Made by a program: the position numbers and the translations under genes | Shown here: piece after piece, positions 9,462 through 18,623 of the stretch | Numbering within the stretch: position 1 is the stretch's first letter | How the letters are laid out: each line of letters starts with the position of its first letter | IMG/VR virus record: IMGVR_UViG_3300007513_000031 | Coordinates: 8-64,007 of that record | Strand: one strand, 5' to 3' | Length of the DNA stretch: 64,000 nucleotides | Origin: a virus | Taxonomy: Duplodnaviria > Caudoviricetes | The notes under the pieces: model-generated | Database searches by the model: none | The model's input: the letters and a program-made list of their open reading frames with translations, nothing else | Told to the model about the DNA's origin: nothing

Positions 9462-10328
9462 TTATTGAATTAATCCAAAAGGACGCCAGGAACCTGGTTT
9501 TCCACCTTTAATACAAACCCAACCAACAGGATGATTAATACTAGGTTTTTCATTCCACACAATTGAACCTGTATTCCATCTTCCATCAGATGGTTCTTTT
9601 TCACCAGACGTAAAAGTTCTTTCTGCAAATTTAATATTGCCGTCAACTTCTAAACTTTCATGCGGATATTTTACACCAATACCTAACTGACCATATACAT
9701 TTAACTTAACCGGTTTTCCTGACTCATTTCCAACAACAACATCTCCATTGGCTTTACAAGTTAACCTAGGTGTTGCATCTGTTCCAATAGCAAAAGCAAC
9801 GTGTGTATGTGTTCCAACATATGCATTTGATTCTTGCATTGTTGTTATAATTTCGTACCCACCAGAATTAACTGAAAAGTCTGCTGACGGTGCTGTTGTA
9901 TTAACGCCAACCCTACCATCTCCTACATAAAAAGTATTTCTAACTTGTAAATTTTTTAATATACCTAACTCTTGTAAAGAACTTTTTGTAACAGATTTTC
10001 CTAATCTATCTTTCCAAATAACTTCATTATGGTTAACCATAATTGCTTCTCGTACATTTAATTTTGGAACCTGTGCTTGAACGTATTCTAAATTTTCAAC
10101 TTTAACTGTACCTTTAATATGTAAATCATTTGCTATTTCTATGTGATCATTATTAATAGTAAGTTGTTGACTAGATGACTGATCTTTTATTCCTGAACTG
10201 TTAAAATTTGTAATCGTTCCACCATCAATTACGTCTCCACTAATGGCATTCTTTTTTAAATCTATTTGCTCTACTGCAATACGACTTTTAGAAACTTTTT
10301 CAATTTTATTAAGGGGTAATAGTGCCAT
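9462..10328 (-). CDS. Tail fibre-like protein
   Basis: VGVNTTAP and GIGVKYP..LEVDG fibre repeats; C-terminal G.IVWN..P...VGWVC...G.PG.W..FG domain; TAAATA upstream on the minus strand. Confidence 0.6.
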   Translation of the reverse strand: MALLPLNKIEKVSKSRIAVEQIDLKKNAISGDVIDGGTITNFNSSGIKDQSSSQQLTINNDHIEIANDLHIKGTVKVENLEYVQAQVPKLNVREAIMVNHNEVIWKDRLGKSVTKSSLQELGILKNLQVRNTFYVGDGRVGVNTTAPSADFSVNSGGYEIITTMQESNAYVGTHTHVAFAIGTDATPRLTCKANGDVVVGNESGKPVKLNVYGQLGIGVKYPHESLEVDGNIKFAERTFTSGEKEPSDGRWNTGSIVWNEKPSINHPVGWVCIKGGKPGSWRPFGLIQ

Positions 10329-10391
10329 ATAATGATTATTTAGTGCTAGATTGTAACCGTATGAATAATTGGTAAATATTGAAGTAGTATT

Positions 10392-13361
10392 ATGGCAATA
10401 ACAAAGATAGCAGGAGATTTATTAGAATCCAATCTGATTCGTACAACGGATCTAGCGTTCAATACGAACGTATTAGTAGTAGATGTTGATAACGGAAGGA
10501 TTGGTGTTGGTACAGCTACTCCTGGTAATTTTAAATTAGATGTTGTCGGTGATACAAGAATTACAGGTGACCTTACAGTTACTGGTACAACAACCACAGT
10601 AGACTCACAAAATTTAACAGTTGAAGACAACATGATTGTCTTGAACAGCTCGGGTTCAATAGGACATAATTCAGGAGTAATGATTCAAAGAGGTGCGGCA
10701 GGCAACAATGCTGTAATGTATTGGGATGAATCTATAGACAAATTTAAATTTGGAACAACAACAGCAGATGGTTCTACGACAGCTGACTTTGCATCAACAT
10801 TATCAAAAGTACAAGTAGGTGCACCAGCGGCAGATGATGATGCATCAACTAAAAAATATGTTGATGATTCAATTACAACAGTAACATCCTCAGGTGGAGT
10901 AACAGGCACAAACGTAACATTAGGACTTCCAACAGATTCATCAGTTAGTGATGGAGCAGTTGTACTAAACACTGCCGGTTCAGTTACAGATGCAATTGAC
11001 GATTTAAATGAAACACAAGAAAATATTCGATCAAGTTATTATGTAAAAAGTGTAACTTATACAAGAACCCCAGCGGCCGGTTCATTAGGAATGACAGTAA
11101 CTTTAGCCATTACAGCAGTTGGCGGAGGTGCAACTAGATATACAGTTAACTGGGGTGACGGCACAACTGAAACTGTATCTGCTACAAATCCAACTCACGA
11201 CTATGATGAAAATTCTGGTACACCTTATACAATATCAGTAAAAGCATATAACCATAATGCAGTAACAGACTCAGCAGGATCTTTTGCAAATTCTGGTGAC
11301 TCAATGACAAATCTACAAGTAACAGTTTACACAGCAACACCTGTTCCAGCTTTTGAAATATACACAGCAAGTTCTGGTGGTTCTGCGTTAACTGGAAATG
11401 ATTTATGGGTAACAGAAGGACAAACAAGATATTTACGAAATACTACAACAAATACATCCGGTGCCACAGTGGCATACACAATGAGTTGGGGAGATGGTAG
11501 TAGTACCGACAATATTGCAAACGATAGTGCGTCGGGTGGTGTAAGTGGATCAAGATTATCACATACTTGGGGAGGAGGTACAGAAAGCGGTACCGGCCGA
11601 GATACGTTAACACTTACATTAACAACTCACTCAACTTGTAATCCAGCACTTTTACCTATAACAGCAACAGCATCATTAAAAGTTTATGATAGTTCAGTAG
11701 CGGCTCCTAATCATTTAGGTTCAAAAACAATTGCAATTCATTCAGAAGATTTAGTTGGAACTAGTCCAAAACTTTGTTCAGGATTTCAAGAACAAGTTTC
11801 AGGTTCTCCAACATATTCAGCAGGAGATACAGTAAACAGAATTGTGTCAGATGGATCATCTCGTTTAAGAACTGCTCCTCAATCAACTATTGCATATAAC
11901 GCTGATAGTGGAACATTAACAGCATACGTAAATGGAAGTGCTAATGGAGCAATTTCATTATCGGGTAGTGACAATAGTGGTACAGCAACAAGTTTGATAT
12001 TACATTCTGAACACGATTATCAATTATATAATGCATCAGGAACAGTTGTTGCTTTTGCATCAAGCATTTATCCACCATCAACATATAAAGGATTTAAAGC
12101 GGCTATTGATAGTGTTACTGATTCAAATGGATTATTAAACACAGGCGTAAACAGTTTTCAATTACAACACACTTTAGGTAATTCAAATACTTTAGAATTT
12201 GTTTTAGATCCTGTAACAGCAACACCAACTATTTCAGGTGTAGGAACATTGTCAGAAGGCACAGCAGGAACTTATAGATATATTTCAGGAATACCTTATT
12301 ACTCTGAAATAGGCTCAGCACCAAGTTTAAATTTAGCTGGAGTTACAGTAACTAATTTAACTGGACAATGTTATTCTAATGTATCTAATCCAGTTGAAGT
12401 TGATTACGATACTAGAGTAGAAGGCAGTAGTGACAATGCTATTTCAAATTTAGATTTTACATATGCAACTATTACTGATGGATCAACTACTGTTCCAGCG
12501 GCAAATCTTGGAGTAGCCAGTGCATTAACACTTGCCACTCTTACTATTCCTGTTACTACAACAAATTCAGCAGTATGCGTTAACGAAATTAAAATAATGG
12601 CAAGAAATTGTAATGGTACAGGTAGTTACAATACTTCTAGCACAACAAAAATTCAAGTTTACAATGATACCACACCTAATGGTTTAGATAATGAAGCAGG
12701 TGGTATTGCAGTAGCAGATGCTTTAGGGGCAACGTACGATGATGATGCTGTTAGAGTTTCAGGGTTTGGTGCCCTGTCAAGTAACAACCCAGACATTGAT
12801 GATTCAGCTAATGCCAACTACTACACAGATTCAGCTTGGTCTGGGGCAGTTACGGTGGCAGGCACCAGCGAAGCAATTTGTAGATTTGGAACAATATCTC
12901 ACTACACAACAAATTTAAGTAGTGGTTATCTTCCAGTTGGTCCTGATTTAAATACTGGTAGGTCAGGAGCTCAGTATTATACTTTTGCTTTTAGAAGAGC
13001 AACAGTATCACAATTTTCAATTACAATGACTGGTACTGTATCGGGTATGTGGATTAAATTACCTGGAGCTGGTACAGACACAACTTCGTCTGCAACTAAT
13101 GGATGGTTAGATTGCTCAACACAATACGCTGGTTCTGGAAAACCAGGAGCAAATACAGGTGCAGGCGGAAATGGAAGTGCTGGAGTAGCAAAAACATCAG
13201 GAGACAGAGTGATTGACGGTACAAGTTATTCTTCAGAACAATTTACATTTACATTAGGAACTGAAAGTATGTCAAACTCTAGAGGTAACAATTGTTTAGT
13301 AAGAATTTTATTAAATTCTGGTGATAGCATAACAGCATTATCAGTAGGAGTAGCAGAATAA
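10392..13361 (+). CDS. Large tail fibre/appendage protein with two PKD-like domains
   Basis: N-terminus shared with 15359 and 18624; YTVNWGDG and YTMSWGDG PKD signatures. Confidence 0.75.
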   Translation: MAITKIAGDLLESNLIRTTDLAFNTNVLVVDVDNGRIGVGTATPGNFKLDVVGDTRITGDLTVTGTTTTVDSQNLTVEDNMIVLNSSGSIGHNSGVMIQRGAAGNNAVMYWDESIDKFKFGTTTADGSTTADFASTLSKVQVGAPAADDDASTKKYVDDSITTVTSSGGVTGTNVTLGLPTDSSVSDGAVVLNTAGSVTDAIDDLNETQENIRSSYYVKSVTYTRTPAAGSLGMTVTLAITAVGGGATRYTVNWGDGTTETVSATNPTHDYDENSGTPYTISVKAYNHNAVTDSAGSFANSGDSMTNLQVTVYTATPVPAFEIYTASSGGSALTGNDLWVTEGQTRYLRNTTTNTSGATVAYTMSWGDGSSTDNIANDSASGGVSGSRLSHTWGGGTESGTGRDTLTLTLTTHSTCNPALLPITATASLKVYDSSVAAPNHLGSKTIAIHSEDLVGTSPKLCSGFQEQVSGSPTYSAGDTVNRIVSDGSSRLRTAPQSTIAYNADSGTLTAYVNGSANGAISLSGSDNSGTATSLILHSEHDYQLYNASGTVVAFASSIYPPSTYKGFKAAIDSVTDSNGLLNTGVNSFQLQHTLGNSNTLEFVLDPVTATPTISGVGTLSEGTAGTYRYISGIPYYSEIGSAPSLNLAGVTVTNLTGQCYSNVSNPVEVDYDTRVEGSSDNAISNLDFTYATITDGSTTVPAANLGVASALTLATLTIPVTTTNSAVCVNEIKIMARNCNGTGSYNTSSTTKIQVYNDTTPNGLDNEAGGIAVADALGATYDDDAVRVSGFGALSSNNPDIDDSANANYYTDSAWSGAVTVAGTSEAICRFGTISHYTTNLSSGYLPVGPDLNTGRSGAQYYTFAFRRATVSQFSITMTGTVSGMWIKLPGAGTDTTSSATNGWLDCSTQYAGSGKPGANTGAGGNGSAGVAKTSGDRVIDGTSYSSEQFTFTLGTESMSNSRGNNCLVRILLNSGDSITALSVGVAE

Positions 13362-14380
13362 TGGCAATAACAGACGCAAAAAAAGTAGATTATCTTTGGA
13401 AAAAATTAGGTTATGGTGCAACCAAAACTGACACCAATGCGGCTAAGGCGGCACCCAACGAAGCCATTGCATCTCCATTATTATTAAGAGGTGATAAAGT
13501 TTGGAACCAAGCAAACGGAATTCCAGCAACAATGCCAAGTTCTAATACAGATGTTGTAACAGTTTATCTTACAACTGCTCCAGATGAGTGTACAGAAGAT
13601 AATACAGCAACAGCAAGTAGATCATGGAAAACAGGATTAACAGATTGGATTCCACCAGAGTTTGGTTCAACATATGGAGTAAAAGTTTATATTCATACAT
13701 CGGGTAATGCTGGTACTGCCGCGGCAAGCGGAACTAGAGTTTATGCGGCAGGTTCAGGTAACAATGATGAATTTTTCTTTGATTATCAATCTGGTGTATT
13801 ACACTTTATTGGTACTAACTTACCCAATGGAGTTAGCTTTTCAGGTAAGTCATGTTATGTTTCGGGTGCAAGATACACAGGAACAATTGGTGTTACAAGT
13901 TTAACAGCAGATACAGGTAACTTTACAATTAGTGGGTCTGAAATAAATCAAGATGTTACAAATGCTGACTTTACATTAGGTACGTCAGGTACAGGACAAT
14001 ACATATTCAGTTCTAATACAGGTATTGTTGTACCAACAGGTACTACTGCTGAACGACCAACAGCACAAGAAGGTGTAATAAGATTTAATACTCAAACTGG
14101 CAAATATGAAGTATCGGAAGATGGCTCTACTTGGGCAAACCTAAGTACTGGAGCTTCTGCTAGTTCTATTACTAAAGATATTTTTACAGGAGATGGATCA
14201 ACGACAGCATTTACAATGAGTACAACTCCTGCCAATGTTAAAAATGTAATACTCTATATAGATGGAGTAATGCAAGAACCGACAACAAATTATACAATGA
14301 GTGGTGATACTGTTACTACTGCTGGAGAAGCCGCACACGCAGGCGCACGAATAGTAGTAATGCACGGATTTGCAGATTAA
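13361..14380 (+). CDS. Fibre-associated structural protein
   Basis: Overlaps stop of 10392 gene; PTGTTAERP..G.IRFNT and GDGSTTAF..YIDGVMQEP modules. Confidence 0.65.
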   Translation: MAITDAKKVDYLWKKLGYGATKTDTNAAKAAPNEAIASPLLLRGDKVWNQANGIPATMPSSNTDVVTVYLTTAPDECTEDNTATASRSWKTGLTDWIPPEFGSTYGVKVYIHTSGNAGTAAASGTRVYAAGSGNNDEFFFDYQSGVLHFIGTNLPNGVSFSGKSCYVSGARYTGTIGVTSLTADTGNFTISGSEINQDVTNADFTLGTSGTGQYIFSSNTGIVVPTGTTAERPTAQEGVIRFNTQTGKYEVSEDGSTWANLSTGASASSITKDIFTGDGSTTAFTMSTTPANVKNVILYIDGVMQEPTTNYTMSGDTVTTAGEAAHAGARIVVMHGFAD

Positions 14381-14739
14381 TCTACTACTATTCCTGTTGG
14401 AGTATAAACAATATCAAAAGTTTGTAACTGACTAGTAACTATATTCAATACATCTAATGTTGGAACAACTTCCCAATCAAATTCTGGTTGACGTATAATA
14501 AAATCATACACGTCTTGTCCCGATTCAAACCAAAGTCTAATACCGGTCATGGAATGATTATTATCAATATAAGAAGCTTTTCTACAAACAATTTTTAACA
14601 CATTTGAAACTTTTTCTCTATAACGATTCATTTGTTCTACAAGATCTGGACGTTCTTTTAAAATTTCTACTGAACGATTACGACATATAGATGGCCATCT
14701 TAATTTTAAACTGTATTTGTAAAATTTATTTTCTGGCAT
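14377..14739 (-). CDS. Hypothetical protein
   Basis: 120 aa ORF, coupled to 14726 gene. Confidence 0.55.
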   Translation of the reverse strand: MPENKFYKYSLKLRWPSICRNRSVEILKERPDLVEQMNRYREKVSNVLKIVCRKASYIDNNHSMTGIRLWFESGQDVYDFIIRQPEFDWEVVPTLDVLNIVTSQLQTFDIVYTPTGIVVD

Positions 14740-15262
14740 CTATTACTTCTTGATATTTTATATAAGTGTCACAAAAACAATTATCTAAATCATCTAATTT
14801 TTTTGTTTGTGCATTAGAAATATATGCAAATCGTACATCTGGATTAGATATTATAATACTTTTTAATCTTGTAAATTCTATTGGATTATTCAAATCATAA
14901 CCTAATAAAAATATAATTTTTGGTTGCAGATATACTGCTAACATTAAAGATAAACATTGTGGAGTACAATTATTAGGATCAATTTCTAATGTTTTTAATC
15001 CAGGAAAATCAGGCAAACAAGTTGTTTCATTAAAGAACACATACCTCTTAAACAGCTCTTCTGGAACAAGTATGTTAGTACCTTGAAAATTGGTTGAATT
15101 TAACATATCTTGAAGAATTGTCTCTGAATTACACGTAGCATAAGCAAAATTAATGCTTTTATTACTATTTGCTGACGCTATCACAGGACCAATATGCATA
15201 GATTCATGCAAATCAAATCTTATAGATAAGTTACCTACTATTGTTATATACGCATTTTTCAT
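14726..15262 (-). CDS. Divergent DUF115/MptE-like paralog
   Basis: AYITIVGN and IFLLGYD motifs resemble 1250 and 60978. Confidence 0.5.
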   Translation of the reverse strand: MKNAYITIVGNLSIRFDLHESMHIGPVIASANSNKSINFAYATCNSETILQDMLNSTNFQGTNILVPEELFKRYVFFNETTCLPDFPGLKTLEIDPNNCTPQCLSLMLAVYLQPKIIFLLGYDLNNPIEFTRLKSIIISNPDVRFAYISNAQTKKLDDLDNCFCDTYIKYQEVIDARK

Positions 15263-15358
15263 AATATTATTGATATTTAACGAGCAAATTATAACATAGT
15301 TAGGTAAATATCAATAGTTTTAAGATATTAAAATTATCGCAATAAGGGGAAAAACAGA

Positions 15359-17329
15359 ATGGCAATAGGACGTATAACAGGACAGATGTTATCAGCCAAC
15401 TTGGCTAGATCAGGAACTGATTTAACATTCGAAACAAATTTATTAGCCCTAGACGTGTCAAACAGCAGAGTTGGAGTTGGCACAGCCTCTCCTGCAACTA
15501 CATTACACGTTTCGGCAACAGATGCAGTTAGAATAGCATCTGGAACAACAGGACAGAGACCAGGCTCACCAGCAAATGGTGATTTAAGATATAACTCAAC
15601 ACTTTCAACAATTGAAGGTTATTCTAATAGTTCTTGGGCTAACTTGGCATCAGGTGATCAAATTAAAGACGCAGATAACGATACATTTGTTAAAGTAGAG
15701 GCACAAACAGACCCCGGCGATCAAGATAGAATTCATATGAATTGCGGCGGAACTGAAGTTATGGTTCTTGCGGCGGGAACTACTGAGTTTGGTAGTGCAA
15801 CATCAATTTCAAATAGTGCATCAACAATTACAGGATTAGTAACAAACGGTAACATAGCAATAACACCAAATGGAACAGGTGAAGTTGACATTTCAAAAGT
15901 TGACATTGACGCAGGTGCTATTGATGGTACTAACATTGGTGCGTCAAGTGCAGGTACTGGTGCTTTCACAACATTAACAGCATCAGGAAATTGTACAATC
16001 ACAGGTAACTTAACAGTTAATGGTACAACATCAACAGTTGCTACTACTAACACAGTTATCTCAGATAACATTTTAGAATTAAACAACGGTATTTCAGCTA
16101 GTACAAATGACGCAGGTATTATTGTAGAAAGAGGTTCTACAGGAAATAATTCTTGTATGATTTGGGACGAATCAGCAGATGCTTGGGTAGTTGGAACAAC
16201 AACTGCCACAGGTGCAGACAAATCAGGTGGAGTATCAATTACAAAAGGTGAGTTTCAAGCGGCAACAGGTACATTTACTAACGTAGATGGTATTGTTGGA
16301 GCCAATACAGCGGCGGCAGGTACATTTACATCTTTAACAGTAACAACAGCAGTTAACATTGATGACGGTGGTGATGGTGCTATTGACGGTTGTATAATTG
16401 GTGGCAGTTCGGCGGCGGCTGGAACATTTACAACTTTAAATGCTTCAGGTGCAGTTTCACTAGACGGTGGAGCATTTACTTTTAATGATGCAAGTGCAGA
16501 TCTTGACTTTAGATGCGAAACTAATGGCAATGCTAATACATTCTTCCTTGATGGTGGAAATGACAGAGTTGGTATTAAAACAGCATCTCCATCTTATGAT
16601 TTAGATATAGCTTCATCTACTGACGCAGTTAGACTACCGGTTGGTACTACAGCACAAAGACCAAGTGCGGCGACTGGTATAATTAGATTTAACTCAACAA
16701 CTGGAAAATATGAAGGTTGTCAAGATGGATCTACTTTTGTTAACCTAGCAACAGCAGGTGATACACCAACAATTTCAAAAGTTTCAGCAACAGGTGATGG
16801 ATCAACAACAACATTCGCACTTTTTAGTACGGCACCAAGTGCAGTAGCTAACGTGCTAGTGTTTATTGATAACGTTTATCAAGAGCCAACTGAAAACTAT
16901 ACAGTAAGTTCAACTAACATTACATTTACTTCTGCTCCGCACAGTGCGGCTAGAATATTTGCTATTACTGGATTTGATAATACAGCGTTAGCATCAGGTG
17001 GAGTTGCAAGAACAGAAACAAGTTCAACTAACTTTACATCAAGTGCTACAACTATCATGAGTTTCAACGCTTCAACTTACAGAGCGGCAGAACTGTTTAT
17101 AGTATTACAAGATTCAGCAAATACTGAATATGCTTGTATGAAAGCAACTGTAACGCATAATGGTTCAACAGCATTTGGTAACATCTACGGTGTAACAAAT
17201 ACAGGTGGTGAAACAAGTGATTTAGGAACTATTACGTTCGTACACGATGGTTCTAATACTGTAAATGTTAAAGCAGTAAGTTCGGGTGGACAGACAGCGG
17301 CAACTGTACAATACTCACTAGCATCGTAA
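15359..17329 (+). CDS. Tail fibre protein
   Basis: MAIGRITG..L..NL.R.G.DL.FETNLL N-terminus; fibre repeats (AAGTFTTL); GDGSTTTF module. Confidence 0.75.
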   Translation: MAIGRITGQMLSANLARSGTDLTFETNLLALDVSNSRVGVGTASPATTLHVSATDAVRIASGTTGQRPGSPANGDLRYNSTLSTIEGYSNSSWANLASGDQIKDADNDTFVKVEAQTDPGDQDRIHMNCGGTEVMVLAAGTTEFGSATSISNSASTITGLVTNGNIAITPNGTGEVDISKVDIDAGAIDGTNIGASSAGTGAFTTLTASGNCTITGNLTVNGTTSTVATTNTVISDNILELNNGISASTNDAGIIVERGSTGNNSCMIWDESADAWVVGTTTATGADKSGGVSITKGEFQAATGTFTNVDGIVGANTAAAGTFTSLTVTTAVNIDDGGDGAIDGCIIGGSSAAAGTFTTLNASGAVSLDGGAFTFNDASADLDFRCETNGNANTFFLDGGNDRVGIKTASPSYDLDIASSTDAVRLPVGTTAQRPSAATGIIRFNSTTGKYEGCQDGSTFVNLATAGDTPTISKVSATGDGSTTTFALFSTAPSAVANVLVFIDNVYQEPTENYTVSSTNITFTSAPHSAARIFAITGFDNTALASGGVARTETSSTNFTSSATTIMSFNASTYRAAELFIVLQDSANTEYACMKATVTHNGSTAFGNIYGVTNTGGETSDLGTITFVHDGSNTVNVKAVSSGGQTAATVQYSLAS

Positions 17330-17363
17330 TAATAGAGAGTAATATAACCTTATAGATAATTTT

Positions 17364-17405
17364 AAACGCTCTAACGATAAATACTATTGTTAGAGCGTTT
17401 TTTTT
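17364..17405 (+). terminator. Terminator hairpin with late promoter ATAAATA at its apex
   Basis: aaacgctctaacgata-aatac-tattgttagagcgttt followed by T-run. Confidence 0.8.
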
Positions 17406-17453
17406 ACGACCTAACATAACATAAACAATAATCATGCGGGAGAAATAGGAACC

Positions 17454-18470
17454 ATGACAACAAGAAACTTTAGAGTTAATACAGGTCTTTCAGTTGGTGA
17501 TATAGCGGTAACAGCATCTACAAATGCAGTTACTGGAGTTAGTTCAATTACATTGGACAACAGTACAGCACCAAGTGGAAATGCGGTATTATCTAATAAA
17601 AAATATGTCGACGATCAAATTGCGGCAATTTCGACGACGGCTATAACATCAGGCACAACGAACGCAACAGTAAGCGGAACAACATTGACTGTAACATGCT
17701 CAGGTAACACAGAAATGACAGTTACAGATGCAGGTGTGAGGATACACGGTGACTTGACAGTTGACGGAACAAACACAATCATCAATACATCCACATTAAG
17801 TGTAGAGGACAATATAATCGAGTGTAACAGAAACGTTTCTGCAAACAGTGGTATGCCAACTGTTTCAGGGTTGAAAATCAACAGAGGTGAAACATCAACA
17901 GCAACAGAAAACGATCTTTTCTGGTGTTGGGATGAGTCTTTTGCAGATGACGGTACAACTACTTACGGTAACGCAGGTGGTGCTTTCACAGCATTTAGAT
18001 CTGCAAACGATGACGTAGATGCTTTAGTAGATATTAGAGCAAACGTTGTACACGCAACGTCCACTTCGGCGCAGTACGCGGACGTGGCGGAGCGTTTTGA
18101 AGCAGACGCTCCTATGGCAGAAGGTGCAGTAGTAGAAATCGGTGGTACAGATGAAATCACTGAAGCAACAGCTGAACTTTCAGATAATGTATTTGGTGTT
18201 ATTTCTAAAAACCCAGCATATGCTATGAACGCAGGTGCAGGTAATAGCGATTCACACCCATTTGTTGCAATGACAGGAAGAACTCCAGTTAGAGTAACAG
18301 GACTAGTTGAAAAAGGACAAAGACTTGTTTCTAGCACAGTTAAAGGAACTGCAAGAGCAGTTGCTACTGGTGAAACAATTACTCCATTCCATGTAATTGG
18401 TAGAGCTTTAGAAAGCAAAACTGATGAGGGTATTGGTTTAATAAATTGTGCAGTGAGAACTAACAACTAA
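17454..18470 (+). CDS. Tail fibre protein with C-terminal intramolecular chaperone/autocleavage-like domain
   Basis: YADVAERF..VFGVIS..PAY.MN..VAMTGRTPVRV.G.V.KG..LVSS motif (Peptidase G2/S74-like). Confidence 0.7.
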   Translation: MTTRNFRVNTGLSVGDIAVTASTNAVTGVSSITLDNSTAPSGNAVLSNKKYVDDQIAAISTTAITSGTTNATVSGTTLTVTCSGNTEMTVTDAGVRIHGDLTVDGTNTIINTSTLSVEDNIIECNRNVSANSGMPTVSGLKINRGETSTATENDLFWCWDESFADDGTTTYGNAGGAFTAFRSANDDVDALVDIRANVVHATSTSAQYADVAERFEADAPMAEGAVVEIGGTDEITEATAELSDNVFGVISKNPAYAMNAGAGNSDSHPFVAMTGRTPVRVTGLVEKGQRLVSSTVKGTARAVATGETITPFHVIGRALESKTDEGIGLINCAVRTNN

Positions 18471-18497
18471 TAAATATTAATACTTTTTAGTAGAATT

Positions 18498-18526
18498 AAA
18501 GGCGGTCTCCGGATCGCCTTTTTTTT
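18498..18526 (+). terminator. Rho-independent terminator
   Basis: aaaggcggtc-tccg-gatcgccttt followed by T-run. Confidence 0.9.
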
Positions 18527-18532
18527 GTGGCG

Positions 18533-18540
18533 TATAAATA
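18533..18540 (+). promoter_or_regulatory. T4-type late promoter TATAAATA
   Basis: Exact T4 late consensus just after the terminator. Confidence 0.8.
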
Positions 18541-18623
18541 CGTATACTGCTGTCAGTCGGCAAAGATAAAGAGACTGCGTGTAATGTATTGTTACACTAA
18601 CATATTAAAGGAGACCTAGAGTT

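Noticed and set aside
18548-18600. c-di-GMP-I riboswitch (GGCAAA seen)
   Set aside because: Lacks the GNRA tetraloop/receptor and P2-P3 architecture
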